Shown in pieces: positions 12,079-24,029 of a DNA stretch of 64,000 nucleotides. The notes under the pieces are model-generated. The model had not been told where the DNA came from, did no database searches, and saw only the letters and a list, made by a program, of their open reading frames with translations. The translations under genes and the position numbers were made by a program. Within the stretch, counting starts at the first letter, position 1; every line of letters starts with the position of its first letter. Location: NCBI GenBank assembly GCA_043228905.1, contig JBHGNT010000013.1:7192001-7256000 (forward strand), read 5' to 3'. This DNA is from Azolla caroliniana. Its lineage: Eukaryota; Plantae; Polypodiophyta.

Positions 12079-15000
12079 TTACGCTACGGGTTCTCCGGAT
12101 TTGTCCCGTTCGGCGGTGAATGGGTTAGGTGGCCTAGGGCCCATGTAAGGTTTGAGCCAAAACCCATTCACTTTTTGCCGTACTATTTCTCTAGCCAGTG
12201 TTCCTAGTTGGAACGTGCCCTGTTCCACTCCAATTATCCAGTATGGGCCGGTCCAGCGGAAACGTAGCTTACCCGACGTGTTTGAAAAACTAGCACTGCT
12301 CGACCCACAGTGAACTCCTTTTCCCTTGCGCTCCAATGCCGATCGACAAATGCTTTATGCCGTCGCTGTTCTTCTTCCAACACAGCCATGCTGTGGATGC
12401 GTTTCTCCCCTAGTTCGAGGAGTTGGTACAGACGTTCCTCCTCTGACTTGGTTTTTGATAATTGGTTTCGTACCTGAATGCGCAAAATAGGTACCCGGAA
12501 TTCGACCGACATTACCGCTTCTAGTCCAAACGCTAGCCGGAACGGTGTTGACTGTATGCTCGTTTTGTAACTAGTTCTGTACGCCCATAACGCGCTTTGG
12601 AGTTTGGTATCCCAGTCCGTTCTGTTTTCATTGACGGTTTTCTTTAAAATGGTCTATAAAGTTTTGTTCGTGGATTCGACTAATCCATTCGCCTGAGGGT
12701 AGTATGGCGTGCTTTTCTTGTGGATGACTATGTAATGTTGTGTTAGTTCCCGAACCACCGTATTGAGGAAGTGGCTCCCCTAGTCACTGATGAGCTCAAT
12801 CGGGCAACCGAACCGGCACCAGATGTGCTCGTACAGAAATTTGGCTGTGACGGCCGCCGTATTTTCCCGTAGTGCCTTTGCTTCTACCCATTTGGTACAG
12901 TAATCCGTGGCTACCAATATGTATTTGTTACCTGTACGGGCTGCTGCTGGTGTGAAGGGCCCCACAAAATCCAATCCCCACTTTTGGAAGGGGTCCAGTG
13001 GTAGCACGGGCTGGTGTGACATCCTTGCATCCTCCGCGGGCTGACCCATCCGCTGGCACAAATCACACTTTCTACAATACTCGGATGCGTCCTTCTATGT
13101 TGTTGGCCACCATAAGCCCGCCTACCATACTTTGCGGGCTGTCACGTTGCCTGCGTAATGGCCGCCGGCCGTGCCGCAGTGTGCCTCCCGTAACATTGCT
13201 TCTTTTTCATCCTGACGGACTCCCCGTCGCCAAATGTCGTCATTTCCTGTGTGATATAAATACCCTTCGACCAGGCAGAAGTGACGGATTCGGACGGCTA
13301 GTCGTTTCTTCTCGTCTATGTGTAATTGTGGTGGAGGTAGTCCTGTAGTCAAAAAGTACGTCATTTCCATAAGCCATCGATCCGGAAAGGTGTATTCCGT
13401 TTTTTCTGCAATCGTCGCTACTCGCCAGATGTCGGCATCCGGAAAATCGTCGTTGTCTTTCTGTACTGTTTCTACACTCTCAAGTCTGCTCAAAAAATCC
13501 GCCACTGCGTGTTGCGTCCCTGGCCGGTGCTAAATTACGAACTCGAATTCCTAGAGCAGCAGCATCCACCGTGCCAATTTCCCTGTCAGGGCTTGTTTCT
13601 CTACCAAATACAATAATGTCGAATGATCCACGTGGAACGTGAATTTCCGTCCTAGTAAATAATGTTGGAATTTATTGATGCTATAGATCATCCCTAGCGC
13701 CTCCCGCTCTGTTGTGGAATAGTTACGCTCTACTGCTGATAATTTACGACTTGCGTAGTATATTGGCCTGTACCAGTTTGGTTTGGTGAGTTGCATTAGC
13801 ACGCTTCCTATTGCTGTGTCCGAGGCGTCGACGAACACGTGAAATGGTTTCGCCCAAACAGGAGGTTGTACTATGGGGGCCTGTGTAAGCATTTTCTTAA
13901 GTGCCTCATATTGCTTATCCTCTGTTGCAATCCATTGAAAAGGAGTCTGATGTACGGTAGCGTGTAGTGGCGTGGCGAAGTCCGCCAAATACCGTATCAT
14001 CCGACTATGCCACCGTATTTGGCCCAAAAACCGGCTAAGTGCTTTGGCATTTGTCGGAGTTTTAGCTTGCGTAATAGCGGAGATCTTGTTTGGGTCGACT
14101 GCTATTCCTTCCTTACTGACTATGTGGCCTAGGAGAGCCCCGCTGGTCACGCCGAATGCACATTTCGCGGGATTCAGGCTTAAGCGTGCAGTGCGGCAAC
14201 GTTCCAGGCAGAGACGTAAGTGTGAGAAATGGTCTTTTGTTCGCCCATATACCGCAAAATCGTCTAAAAAGACTATCATGAACGTCGGAATGTATTCCCC
14301 AAAGATCTCCGTAATTGTTCGTTGGAATGTTGCCGGTGCTGTCTTTAGGCCGAACATCATGACGACCGCCACATATACTCCCCAGTCCGTGACAAATGCC
14401 ATCTTCTCCTGGTCGTCGGGGTGCATGCGCACTTGGTTATAGCCACTGAAGCCATCTAAGAAACTGTACATCTCATGGCCTGCGACGGCGTCCAGCACGC
14501 TATCAGTGAAGGGTAAGGGAAATGCGTCTGTAATGGTTACGACGTTTAATTTTCGGTAATCCCCGCATACCCGTATTTTGCCGTTTTTCTTTGGGACAAC
14601 CACTATCGGGCTAAGCCGTGTCGCTTGTTTTACTGGTCGTATGACCCCCGCCCTCAGCAGTTTGTCAATTTCTTCTTTCACACGGGTCGCGTAATTAGGG
14701 TTCATGCGGTATCGACACTGCTGGACAGGTTTCGCGTCTGTTGCTAAATTTATCTTATGCTGATAGAACTTGGGATCTAACCCCTTCATGTCCTCATGAG
14801 CCCACACGAACACATCTTTATATTCTGTGAGTAGTGCGATCATTGTGGTTCTCTGGTCCGGCCTCAATTCCTTTGCTATGGAGAGGAACCGGGGTTTCGA
14901 TCCCATACCCACATTCACTTCGTCGAGAGCGGAAGCGGTGACCCGTCGTGAAATCTCCATTTCCCTTTCGAAGGCCGCCCGTGCTCTGTTGAGTTCCAAT

Positions 15001-15938
15001 ATGGACTCTGGGTTTGGTTCGTACGGCTCTTCGCTTGGAACAATGGTCGTAGTATATTCTGCCGCAGTTGCGATGACATCTATCTCTAACAACGGAATAA
15101 TCTGAGGATGTTCGTCAAGGTATGCTTCCAATTCGGCATCCTCCACCCCAGCCAACATATTGATGTCTTCCGCATATAACGGTGTTATCCCCTTAGGTTG
15201 GGGCGTGTTGCCTTCTGTAGGCACACGAACCTTGATGCGTCCCTGCCGGAAACTGATACACTCGTGTTGCCAGCTTTGCTTGATATTTGTTGTCCGAAGC
15301 CACAGTCTGCCCAGAAGCACTGGGTACGCGCGAGGCGCGTCCAAAGCGAGGACAACCGCCGATATGTCGAAGCGGTGTCCGCCCATGATGATGCCTATTT
15401 TGCGAATTAGCCCCAATGGTCGCACTGATTAGGTATCTGCCATGCGAAGCCAGAATGGACACGCCTCCCATTCAGAAATGCCAAGCTGTTCGCAAGTTTT
15501 CGCGCTAATCACATTGACGCCTGAGCCGCCGTCAATTACACATCTAGGGACTTCCTGTCCGTGCAATATTACTGTAATGGCCGGGTAGTGCTGATCTACC
15601 ACTGGTGGTCCCTCGCTGATGTCAGTTAGGTTTGTGGCAATGCTTGCCCCAGTCGTGCCCGCCACCTGTGCTTCCATGGTCTGGCAGAAACGTGGAACTA
15701 GCTGTAGCAGTTTTTCCATAGTTAGCGTGATTTCACAGCCCGTTAACACCTGCCAAATGGGGTCCGGCCCCGTTTTTTCGTTCTTTGTTTGCTTCATTGC
15801 ATTCGCGGACTCCTGCCTCATACGCTCCGTATTGGCCGCGTTTGCTTTTTCCACCCAGGCTTGGGCTTGTCGGCGTACCTTGTCCTGCGCAGCCCAATCC
15901 GCCGTTTTCGTTTGCTGGCGTGTGGTGACTTGTTGCAC
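12079..15938 (-). pseudogene. pol: pol (protease IDGGSG, RT FLDD, RNase H VDAS, integrase HHCC/DDE, GPY motif), interrupted
   Basis: ORFs 15429-15938, 13551-15425, 13122-13505, 12780-13061, 12079-12336. Confidence 0.92.
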
Positions 15939-16185
15939 CTCCGTCGTAATCGTGTGGACGGCGGGCCCCTTTCCCTTGCATGTTGGGCATTGTGTGGCAT
16001 AATGTCCGGGTTGCTGACAAATAAAACAGTGGATGCTTGATTCTCCCTTCTCAACCCTAGGTGGAGTGTGCCGTTCTCCGGGCGCTACTTGCTCTTCGCG
16101 GTCCAGCCTCGTTTGTCGGGACGTACGCGGTGGCTGTTGTTGATCCCGTCATTGTTCCTGGTGCCACTCATCCCCTGAGCTTTCA

Positions 16186-17223
16186 TCATTGAAGCCATTG
16201 AAGCCGCCCCGTTTGTTCATCGAGCGTTGATGTTCGTATCGCCGGCCTCCTTTGGCGTAACTCAGATGTCCACAATAATCCTCGTCCTCCGGGTCCTCCT
16301 CCTCGGCGATTCCGGTTGTACTTGTCCTCCCACGGGTTGCGATCCCTATACCGGGGTCGGTCTTCTTGCCTCTTTTGTTCCACCCGATGTGGTTGCCGCT
16401 GTGTGTCCATGTTGCGGACCGCAGGCGTAGCTCTATTTAACATATTGTACTCGCATTGGTCAACTGTGTGAACCTTCAAGTGGCAGATTGGGCAGTGGAT
16501 TCGCATATTGCACTCCATCACGGAATGCCCAGAGTTCAAGCAAATCGTACACTAGATTGCCTGACGAAATTGGTGTTCCTCATCCTAAGGTAATGCTTGT
16601 CGTAAGGATGACATCGAAAACCTCTCCTCCTCGTCATCCAACTCGAGCTGTAACGCTCGTTCAATCACCATATCTGTCGTTTCCCCTTTCATGTTATTGT
16701 TGTTGAGAGTTGCCCTGATGGGCTGGCGTAACGCTGCCAGAAACATTTCCCGTGCATCCTCCTCCGTAGGGCTTCGATCCAGTTTCCGTCATAAATTTTG
16801 GAACCGTAAGTTGAAGTTTGCTATTGTCTCAGTCGGTAGTTGCTTAATTGTATAAAACTGCCCGAGAATCTCGCGTTGTGGAACCCTCCGGTGAAAAAAA
16901 CGCAAGAAGGCGGACTGGAGCTGATCGAAGGTTGTTATGGCCGGTAAATCCATTTGTGAATGCCAGAATGCCGCACGCCCATCTAATGTTAATCCGAACT
17001 CCATCATTTTCGACTGGTGTGCCACTGTCTCAGAAAGGTTCTGTGCCATGTGGTTCGCATTCCAAACGTTCAAGAACATGCGAACATGAGTTGCGGCGTC
17101 GGTTTCGCCATTAAAGCGGGGGTAGGCAAAGGCCATCATAGGAGCTACGGCGGATCGGAGAAGGTCACTGGGAGGCTGCGGTAATCGTGGTCCCCTCGCC
17201 TCGTCGAGGTATTTGGGGAGCAA
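16186..17223 (-). pseudogene. gag: gag with capsid-like region and Cys/His zinc knuckles
   Basis: YPRFNGETDAATHV...IKQLPTETIANFNLRF; GHSVMECNMRIHCPICHLKVHTVDQC. Confidence 0.8.
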
Positions 17224-17312
17224 GGACTCCTCTTTGCGCTCCTGGCAGGTATTACTGGGGTCGTCGATGCGTGGCTTTTGCCGAGCGCGCTCTTCTGCCT
17301 GGCATGTGACGA

Positions 17313-17579
17313 ACTACTACGATTACGTATCCGAGACAGAGACACTGAATTAGCCGTAGCTATACACAGAAACTCAGAGAAGATAGTATTCTATTATCAG
17401 GCGTTCTTTTTACAATTCCCAAAATTTACACACCTCCTTACGAGGTTTTCTGCCCTTTATATATGCAGGGTCTAATTAGTCGTTCACGCGTACCCACGTG
17501 AACCGTTACATACCTTACGCTTCATATAGTTTCTTATTCCTACACTTTTGGCCGTCGGTTACTATTCCGGCGGACAACA
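17313..17579 (-). repeat. 5' LTR, internally truncated (U5 side and adjacent primer site deleted)
   Basis: 267 bp matching 8850-9116; fused directly to gag-upstream sequence. Confidence 0.9.
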
Positions 17580-17804
17580 GGAAGGTCACCACATATGTTG
17601 ACAGAAGAAAATCCTTTACGGCCTAAAACAAGCGTTGAGGATGTGGTGCCAAAAGTTGGACTCCTACATTAGGCAGCTTGGCTATCCCCGGTCCGACTCT
17701 GACCCATGCATGCATACTCGACAACTAGCCGATGAGTCCCGAATCTATCTGAACCTATATGTCAAAGACATGCTGATTGCAGGGAGCAATCAAGACAAAT
17801 CGGA

Positions 17805-18322
17805 AAGCTAAAGTGGAGCCTTCACGACATGTTCGCGATGAAGGAACTCAGACAAGCCTGACATATATTGGGCATGAGGATCAAGCGAAATCGAAAGACA
17901 AAGACTCTCCAAGTCTCACTACATTCGCAAAGTGTTGAAGTGCTTCAACATGGAGAATGTGAAGCCAGCAACAATACCACTTCTGACTATCGAACAAAGA
18001 CTCTCCTTCAACGGATAAGGGGAGAGAGCTCAATGGAAAGATACCCTACGCATCGGCCATAGGAAGCTAAAGCGGAGCCTTCACGACAAGTTCGCGATGA
18101 AGGAACTCGGACAAGCCTGACATATATTGGGCATGAGGATCGAGCTAAATTGAAAGACAAAGACTCTCTGAGTCTCATTACATTCGCAAAGTGTTGAAGC
18201 GCTTCAACATGGAGAATGTGAAGCCAGCAACAATACCACTTCTGACTATTGAACAAAGACTCTCCTTCAACGGATAAGGGGAGAGAGCTCAATCGAAAGA
18301 TACCCTACGCATCTGCCATAGG
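17805..18322. repeat. ~259-bp tandem duplication in copia RT
   Basis: aagctaaag(t/c)ggagccttcacgac starts at 17805 and 18064. Confidence 0.88.
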
Positions 18323-18778
18323 AAATATCATATACGCGATGGTGATGACCCGACCCGAGCTTGCCTATGTCGTTGGGGTTGGCAACCACTACATATCGAA
18401 CCCAGAACGTAAGCATTGGGAGGCCGCCAAGCACATCTTCAGGTACTTGTGAGGAACCGACGATGCACAATTGACTTTCGGATGTCATGATATGGCCAGA
18501 CTCGAACCCATAACCTTATGTTACATGGGTCGTGCTCTTCACCATTAGACTATATGTAGTAATACAAAGGATATTATTTTCATTTAAGTTTTACTATAGA
18601 AAATTGATGTATATTCCAGATTTCTCTGGAACATTCTAGAAACTTCAGGAGTACTCCTGAGAACACTATAAAAGGAGGCACAAGTCATTATTTCGAACCA
18701 AATCGATTCAACGCCAGTCTTAAGCCTCTTAGCTACTATTGTATATTCTCTTAACATAATATATATTTTTTGTTATCA

Positions 18779-18835
<57 letters not shown>

Positions 18836-18985
18836 TTCTCTCGAGAGTTCTACACCTCCCTTAGTACTAATACTCATCTTTTAGTACTAATTCCTTCTCT
18901 ATCTTAGTAGTATTCCTGACAGTACTTCTCTATCTTAGTACTGTTCCGGACAATACTTCTCTGTCTTAGTATTGCTCCTGACAGT

Positions 18986-19000
18986 TTGAACCGATTTGGT
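18986..19000 (+). promoter_or_regulatory. Self-priming PBS (Tf1/Tcn1 type)
   Basis: ttgaaccgatttggt is the reverse complement (1 mismatch) of accaaatcgattcaa at 18697-18711, ~30 nt downstream of TATA at 18667. Confidence 0.85.
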
Positions 19001-20536
19001 CTCCTTCCTTCTCTTCCTTTATCTTTTTACTTCTCCCTCCCTTCATACTAATCTCTTATTCCTATTTTCTCTCATACTATGGCCACTGTTAGGGGAGCTT
19101 CAACAAATCTCCTTAGCGAAGCAACAGACGCAACAACAACACGGGGAACTAGTGTTACGTGTGCAACAGCTCGAAGCAACCATAGTAGCAATGCAACAAC
19201 AAGGACCCAGTACGCAAGGGGTTCATAAAGAACCCAAGATCGGCCTTCCCATGAAATTCGATGGAACGTGATCGCAGTTTAGAGGATTCCTTAATCAGGT
19301 ATGATTAGTCATTCAAATGCATCCTTCCCGATATCCCACCGATGCATCACGAGTGGGTTTAGTAGGCACGTTATTAAGTGGCTCAGCTTTGGCATGGTTC
19401 GCTCTGTTGTTAGAAAAGGAATCTCCTTTACTAAACAATTTTGAAGAGTTTTTAAGTGAGTTTAAAGCCTATTTTGGAGATACTAACAACATAAGGACAA
19501 CAATCAACAAAATCCGACAATTACATCGAGATGATCGTCCAACCTCCGCATATGGTACAGATTTTCACCTACTCGCCTCCAATATCCCCTTGGATGACCA
19601 AGCACTTATGGAGAAATTTCGTTATGGTCTACGTAACGATGTCAAGGATTTATTCTTGATCTTCCCCGAAGAACCAAAGTCATTGATAGAAGCAATCAGT
19701 CGCGCGGTGAGATGCGACAACCGTCTTTTTGAACGAGATTCGGAATGTCAGTTCCAGATGCCAAGGGCAAGATCAAAGCTCACCTACGCCTCAGTGGTAG
19801 CAAAACCTTTTCCAAGGGATTCATATAATACGTCTCCAGTGAATACTCCAACTCCGATGGAATTTGGCACTACATGTCGTCGCGAACCATTATCGGAAGA
19901 AGAAAAGCAACGACGCCGAGAAAATCGACTATGTCTTTATTGTGGTGGACCAGGGCATATTGCAGTGAACTGTCCCCATAGGCTACGAAGACAGGTGAAC
20001 CAAATAGTTGCTAGTTCTAATTGTACGAAACCCAAGTCTATTTCAATAGGAATATCTGATAGTCCTAATAGTATGAATAGCCCAAATCTATCGAACAAAT
20101 TTGATGTCCTTAGTCAGTTAGAAGAAGAGTTAAATGACTAAGTCCAGTCAAAATAGGAGTCGTTTGGTTGGACAACCCTAGATCTGTGCAACCCATTAGT
20201 GGTTCCATTCCCTCTAAGCAAGTTAGAAATGTGTTCTTAGCCCAAGTAACCGTTAGTACTAAAAGTACCTCTCTAGTACATGTCTCAGCACTCCTAGATT
20301 CCAGAACTAATTCTTGCTTCATAGGTAGGAATTTTTCCCAAGCTTATTAGATATCTCTAAGAAAACTCCCGTGTTCAGCCTTTGTAGTAGTCATTGATGG
20401 TCGTCCCATTGCTTTCGGAAATATCATAGAAGAGTCAGAGCCCGTTAGTATTGTCCTAGATAATTTAGTGTAGTATCCTTTAATATAACTAGTATCCCAG
20501 AACATCCCATTGTTTTCGGATTACCATGGTTCGAAT

Positions 20537-21155
20537 TGACAAAAATATGTGGAATATTGCTCGGCCACAACCGAGTCTTAGGACCAACCACAAAAAGATG
20601 GGAATAGGAAGAAATGCACGTATACACACTAACAATAGAGCAAGAGAGAGTACATAGGATGTTTACATGGAAAATCCTAAATAGGAAAAACCACAGGAGC
20701 CTACTAGCTCCAAACTATGAGTATGTCTGGAATAATACAACAGGAGGAACACAGAGGCAACGACCTCGTGCTCTCAATCTTCGCCAACAGGCGGTTACAG
20801 TAGAGACTGTTCAATCTCTCTCTCTCTCTCTCTCTCTCTGTTACACTTTGTACATCAGTTACACCTGCAATGCAACAACTCTTACAATGATCTACTACCA
20901 CATACACTCAGCATTGTGTTTGCCCTAGGTCATATTTATACTAATATGACTTTCAGGCTATCTACAAATATAGCCACAGTAGGCTAACAAAAACATATTT
21001 ACATCTATGTCCCTTCATCCGGTGAGAGGTTCTCACCGGGCCTGCGTCATCCAGTTTCCACCAGGTCTTCCTTGCCAGGTACTCATCATCTGGTTCCCAC
21101 TGGGTCTGCGTTGCCGGGTACTCATATCCCATCCGGAGGGACCAAAATCCTAACA
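20537..21155 (-). mobile_element. Solo LTR of the Tork-like copia family; TSD CGAAT
   Basis: CGAAT at 20532-20536 and 21156-21160; similar to LTR 47188-47796. Confidence 0.9.
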
Positions 21156-23988
21156 CGAATTACATAATCCAAAAATAGATTGATGAACAAGAGAAATCCG
21201 GTATCGATAAACCCGAGGATCTACTCATAAGATTGCAACCATTTTGCTACATCAGTTGCGTGAGGAAGGACACAAGGAAGAAATGTTTCTCTTCGCAATA
21301 TCAATAAAACCCTCCAACACCATTAAAGACGAGTCCATCGTTCAACTTCCAGAGAAGTATCGTCATTATGCCAATGTGTTTGATAAAGTACAAGCCAATA
21401 CGCTTCCTCACCATCGACAATATGATTGCCCCATCGATTTACAACCGGGAAAAGAGCCACCATGGGGACCGATCTACAATTTTTCACCAACCAAGCTAGA
21501 AGTCTTCCGACCCTGTATAGAGGAGAATTTGGCAAAAGGTTTCATTCGACATTTGAAATCTCCAGCCGGCGCACCCATTTTCTTCGTCAAGAAAAAGGAT
21601 GGATCACTTCGTCTCGTCCTCGTATGGATCCGACCAGGAGATGAATGGAAGACCGCGTTTCACACCAGAGATGGGCACTTCGAGTACACGGCCATGCCAT
21701 TCGGCCTCACTAATGCGCCAATAGTCTTCCAACACATGGTAAATGATATATTCCGAGATCTCTTGGATGTTTGTTTGATCATCTATTTGGATAATCTACT
21801 ATTTTATTCGAAGACCCAAGAAGAGCATGAGTCTCATGTACTATTAGTACTAAAACGACTTCAAGAACATGGTCTTTATGAAAAGCTAGAAAAATGTAGT
21901 TTCGAGTGCAATTGGGTAGAATTTCTAGGCTATGCCATTTCCTCGGAAGGCATCTCCGTCGATCAGGCTAAGGTCAAAACGGTGGTAGAATGGCAGACTC
22001 TGCGTTCGTTGTGAGATGTGCAATGCTTTTTAGGCTTTGCCAATTTCTACCTCAAGTTTATACAGGATTACTCAAAGCTCGTATCTAGCACCGTGTCCTG
22101 GTGAGCTAGCTTTTGATAACCAAAAGCAAGTAATCCTGGGACCAGCACGACTGCAAGCAACGCAGGTCTTCGGAATTCCCTTGGATTCCCACATTATTGA
22201 TACCATGCGCGAGGAGTTGAAGACAGATGCTTTCGCCCAAGCCATTCTAGCACAAATTGATCCCTCTCGAGCATCTTGTTCACAGTCGCAACAACCAGGT
22301 ACGGACTATCGATAATTCGAATGTCATGATGGATTACTATTCTTTAAGAAACTCTTGTATGTTCCTAATGGTTCTTGTCGCCTTCGAGTAGTACAAAACT
22401 GTCATGACACATATACAGTTGGGCATTTTGGTAGTACTGAAACATTAGATTTAGTTCAACGATCATTCTAGTGGCCCCATATGCGACAATTTGTCACAGA
22501 TTTTGTTCGGACTTGTGATACATGTTGCTGAGCAAAAATGCCAAGGCATCATCCATATGGTTTATTAGAACCATTACCATTTCCAAGAAAGTCGTGGTAA
22601 TCCATTGCTCTAGATTTCATCACAGATCTTTCGGTCTCTAAGGGATTTGATGCGATCTTAATAGTAGTAGATCGATATACAAAGATGACCCATTTTCTGC
22701 CATGTACTAAGGAAATCTACTGTGAGGAAACCGCCAAAACTGTCATGCGTGAAGTATGTCGGCATCATGGCCTTCCCGATAGTATTATTAGCAACCGTGG
22801 ACCCTAGTTCATCTCGAAATTCTAGAAGCACCTCTTTAAAATGCTCAAGGTCACTTGTAACCTCTCCTCCGGCTACCACCCTCAAATAGACGGCCAAGCA
22901 AAACGAACAAATCAAATGTTGGAGCAGTATCTTCAGTGCTTTCTAAACTATCATCAAGATGATTGGGTGGATATTCTCCACTTCGCCGAATTTGCGTATA
23001 ATAACTCTATCCACTCATCAACAAAGGTTACACCATTTTATGCTTATACGGGTTGTCACCCCCGGTGGTGTGTATTTGAAACCCTAGAGTTACCCACAAA
23101 TCCTTCTGTAGAGGATCATTTGGAGCAGTTACGCAAGATACAAGTGGATTTATCTACTCATCTATAGCAAGCTCAACAAACACACAAGGTTTACGCGGAT
23201 CGTCATCAGCTTCCATCTAGTTTTAAAATTGGAGATCAGGTATGGCTACTTCGACAACACATCAAGACTACTCGCCCATGCGAGAAGTTGGATTATCGGC
23301 GATGAGGTCCTTTCCATATTATCGGAAAAATTAATGATGTTGCTTTTCATCTCGATCTACCTCCACAACTTTGGATACATCCGGTGTTTCATAGTTTTCT
23401 CTTCAAACCCTATCAAGACAGCACCATCCCCTGTTGTATTAAACAACCTCCACCCCCGATCTAACTTGAAGATGGACCTGAGTACGAGGTTGCTGCCATC
23501 CTCGATTCCAATATTGTTCGCAACAAGCTCCACTATTTAGTCGATTGGCTAGGATATAGTCCCAGCAAGCGTACTTCGGAACCAATAGAGAATGCGACCA
23601 ATGCCCATGCTCTTCTTCAAGATTTCCATCGTCAATATCCAGACAAACCGGGTCCTCAATCCAAAACAACTCGTGACACTCGTCGTTTTAAAGGGGGGAT
23701 AGTGTCATAATATGGTAAGACTCGAACCCATTACCATGGACCGAGCTCTTGACCATTAGACTATATGTGGTAATACAAAGGATATTATTTTCATTTAAGT
23801 TTTACTATAGAAAATTGATGTATATTCCAGATTTCTCTGGAACATTCTAGAAACTTCAAGAGTACTCTTGAGAACACTATAAAAGGAGGCACAAGGCATT
23901 ATTTCGAACCAAATCGATTCAACGCTAGTCTTAAGCCTCTTAGCTACTATTGTATATTCTCTTAACATAATATATGTCTTTTGTTATC

Positions 23989-24029
<41 letters not shown>

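Larger units (their letters stand above)
8676..17579 (-). mobile_element. Non-chromovirus Ty3/gypsy (Athila/Tat-like, OTA group) element with extra 3' ORF; 5-bp TSD GGAAG
   Basis: TG...CA termini; GGAAG at 8671-8675 and 17580-17584; gag-pol on the minus strand. Confidence 0.92.

Noticed and set aside
17300-17320. 5' LTR truncation as a splice junction (GTAAGC lies near the equivalent position in the intact LTR)
   Set aside because: Splicing out U5 and the primer site would block replication, and the other LTR is intact; a microhomology deletion is more likely.
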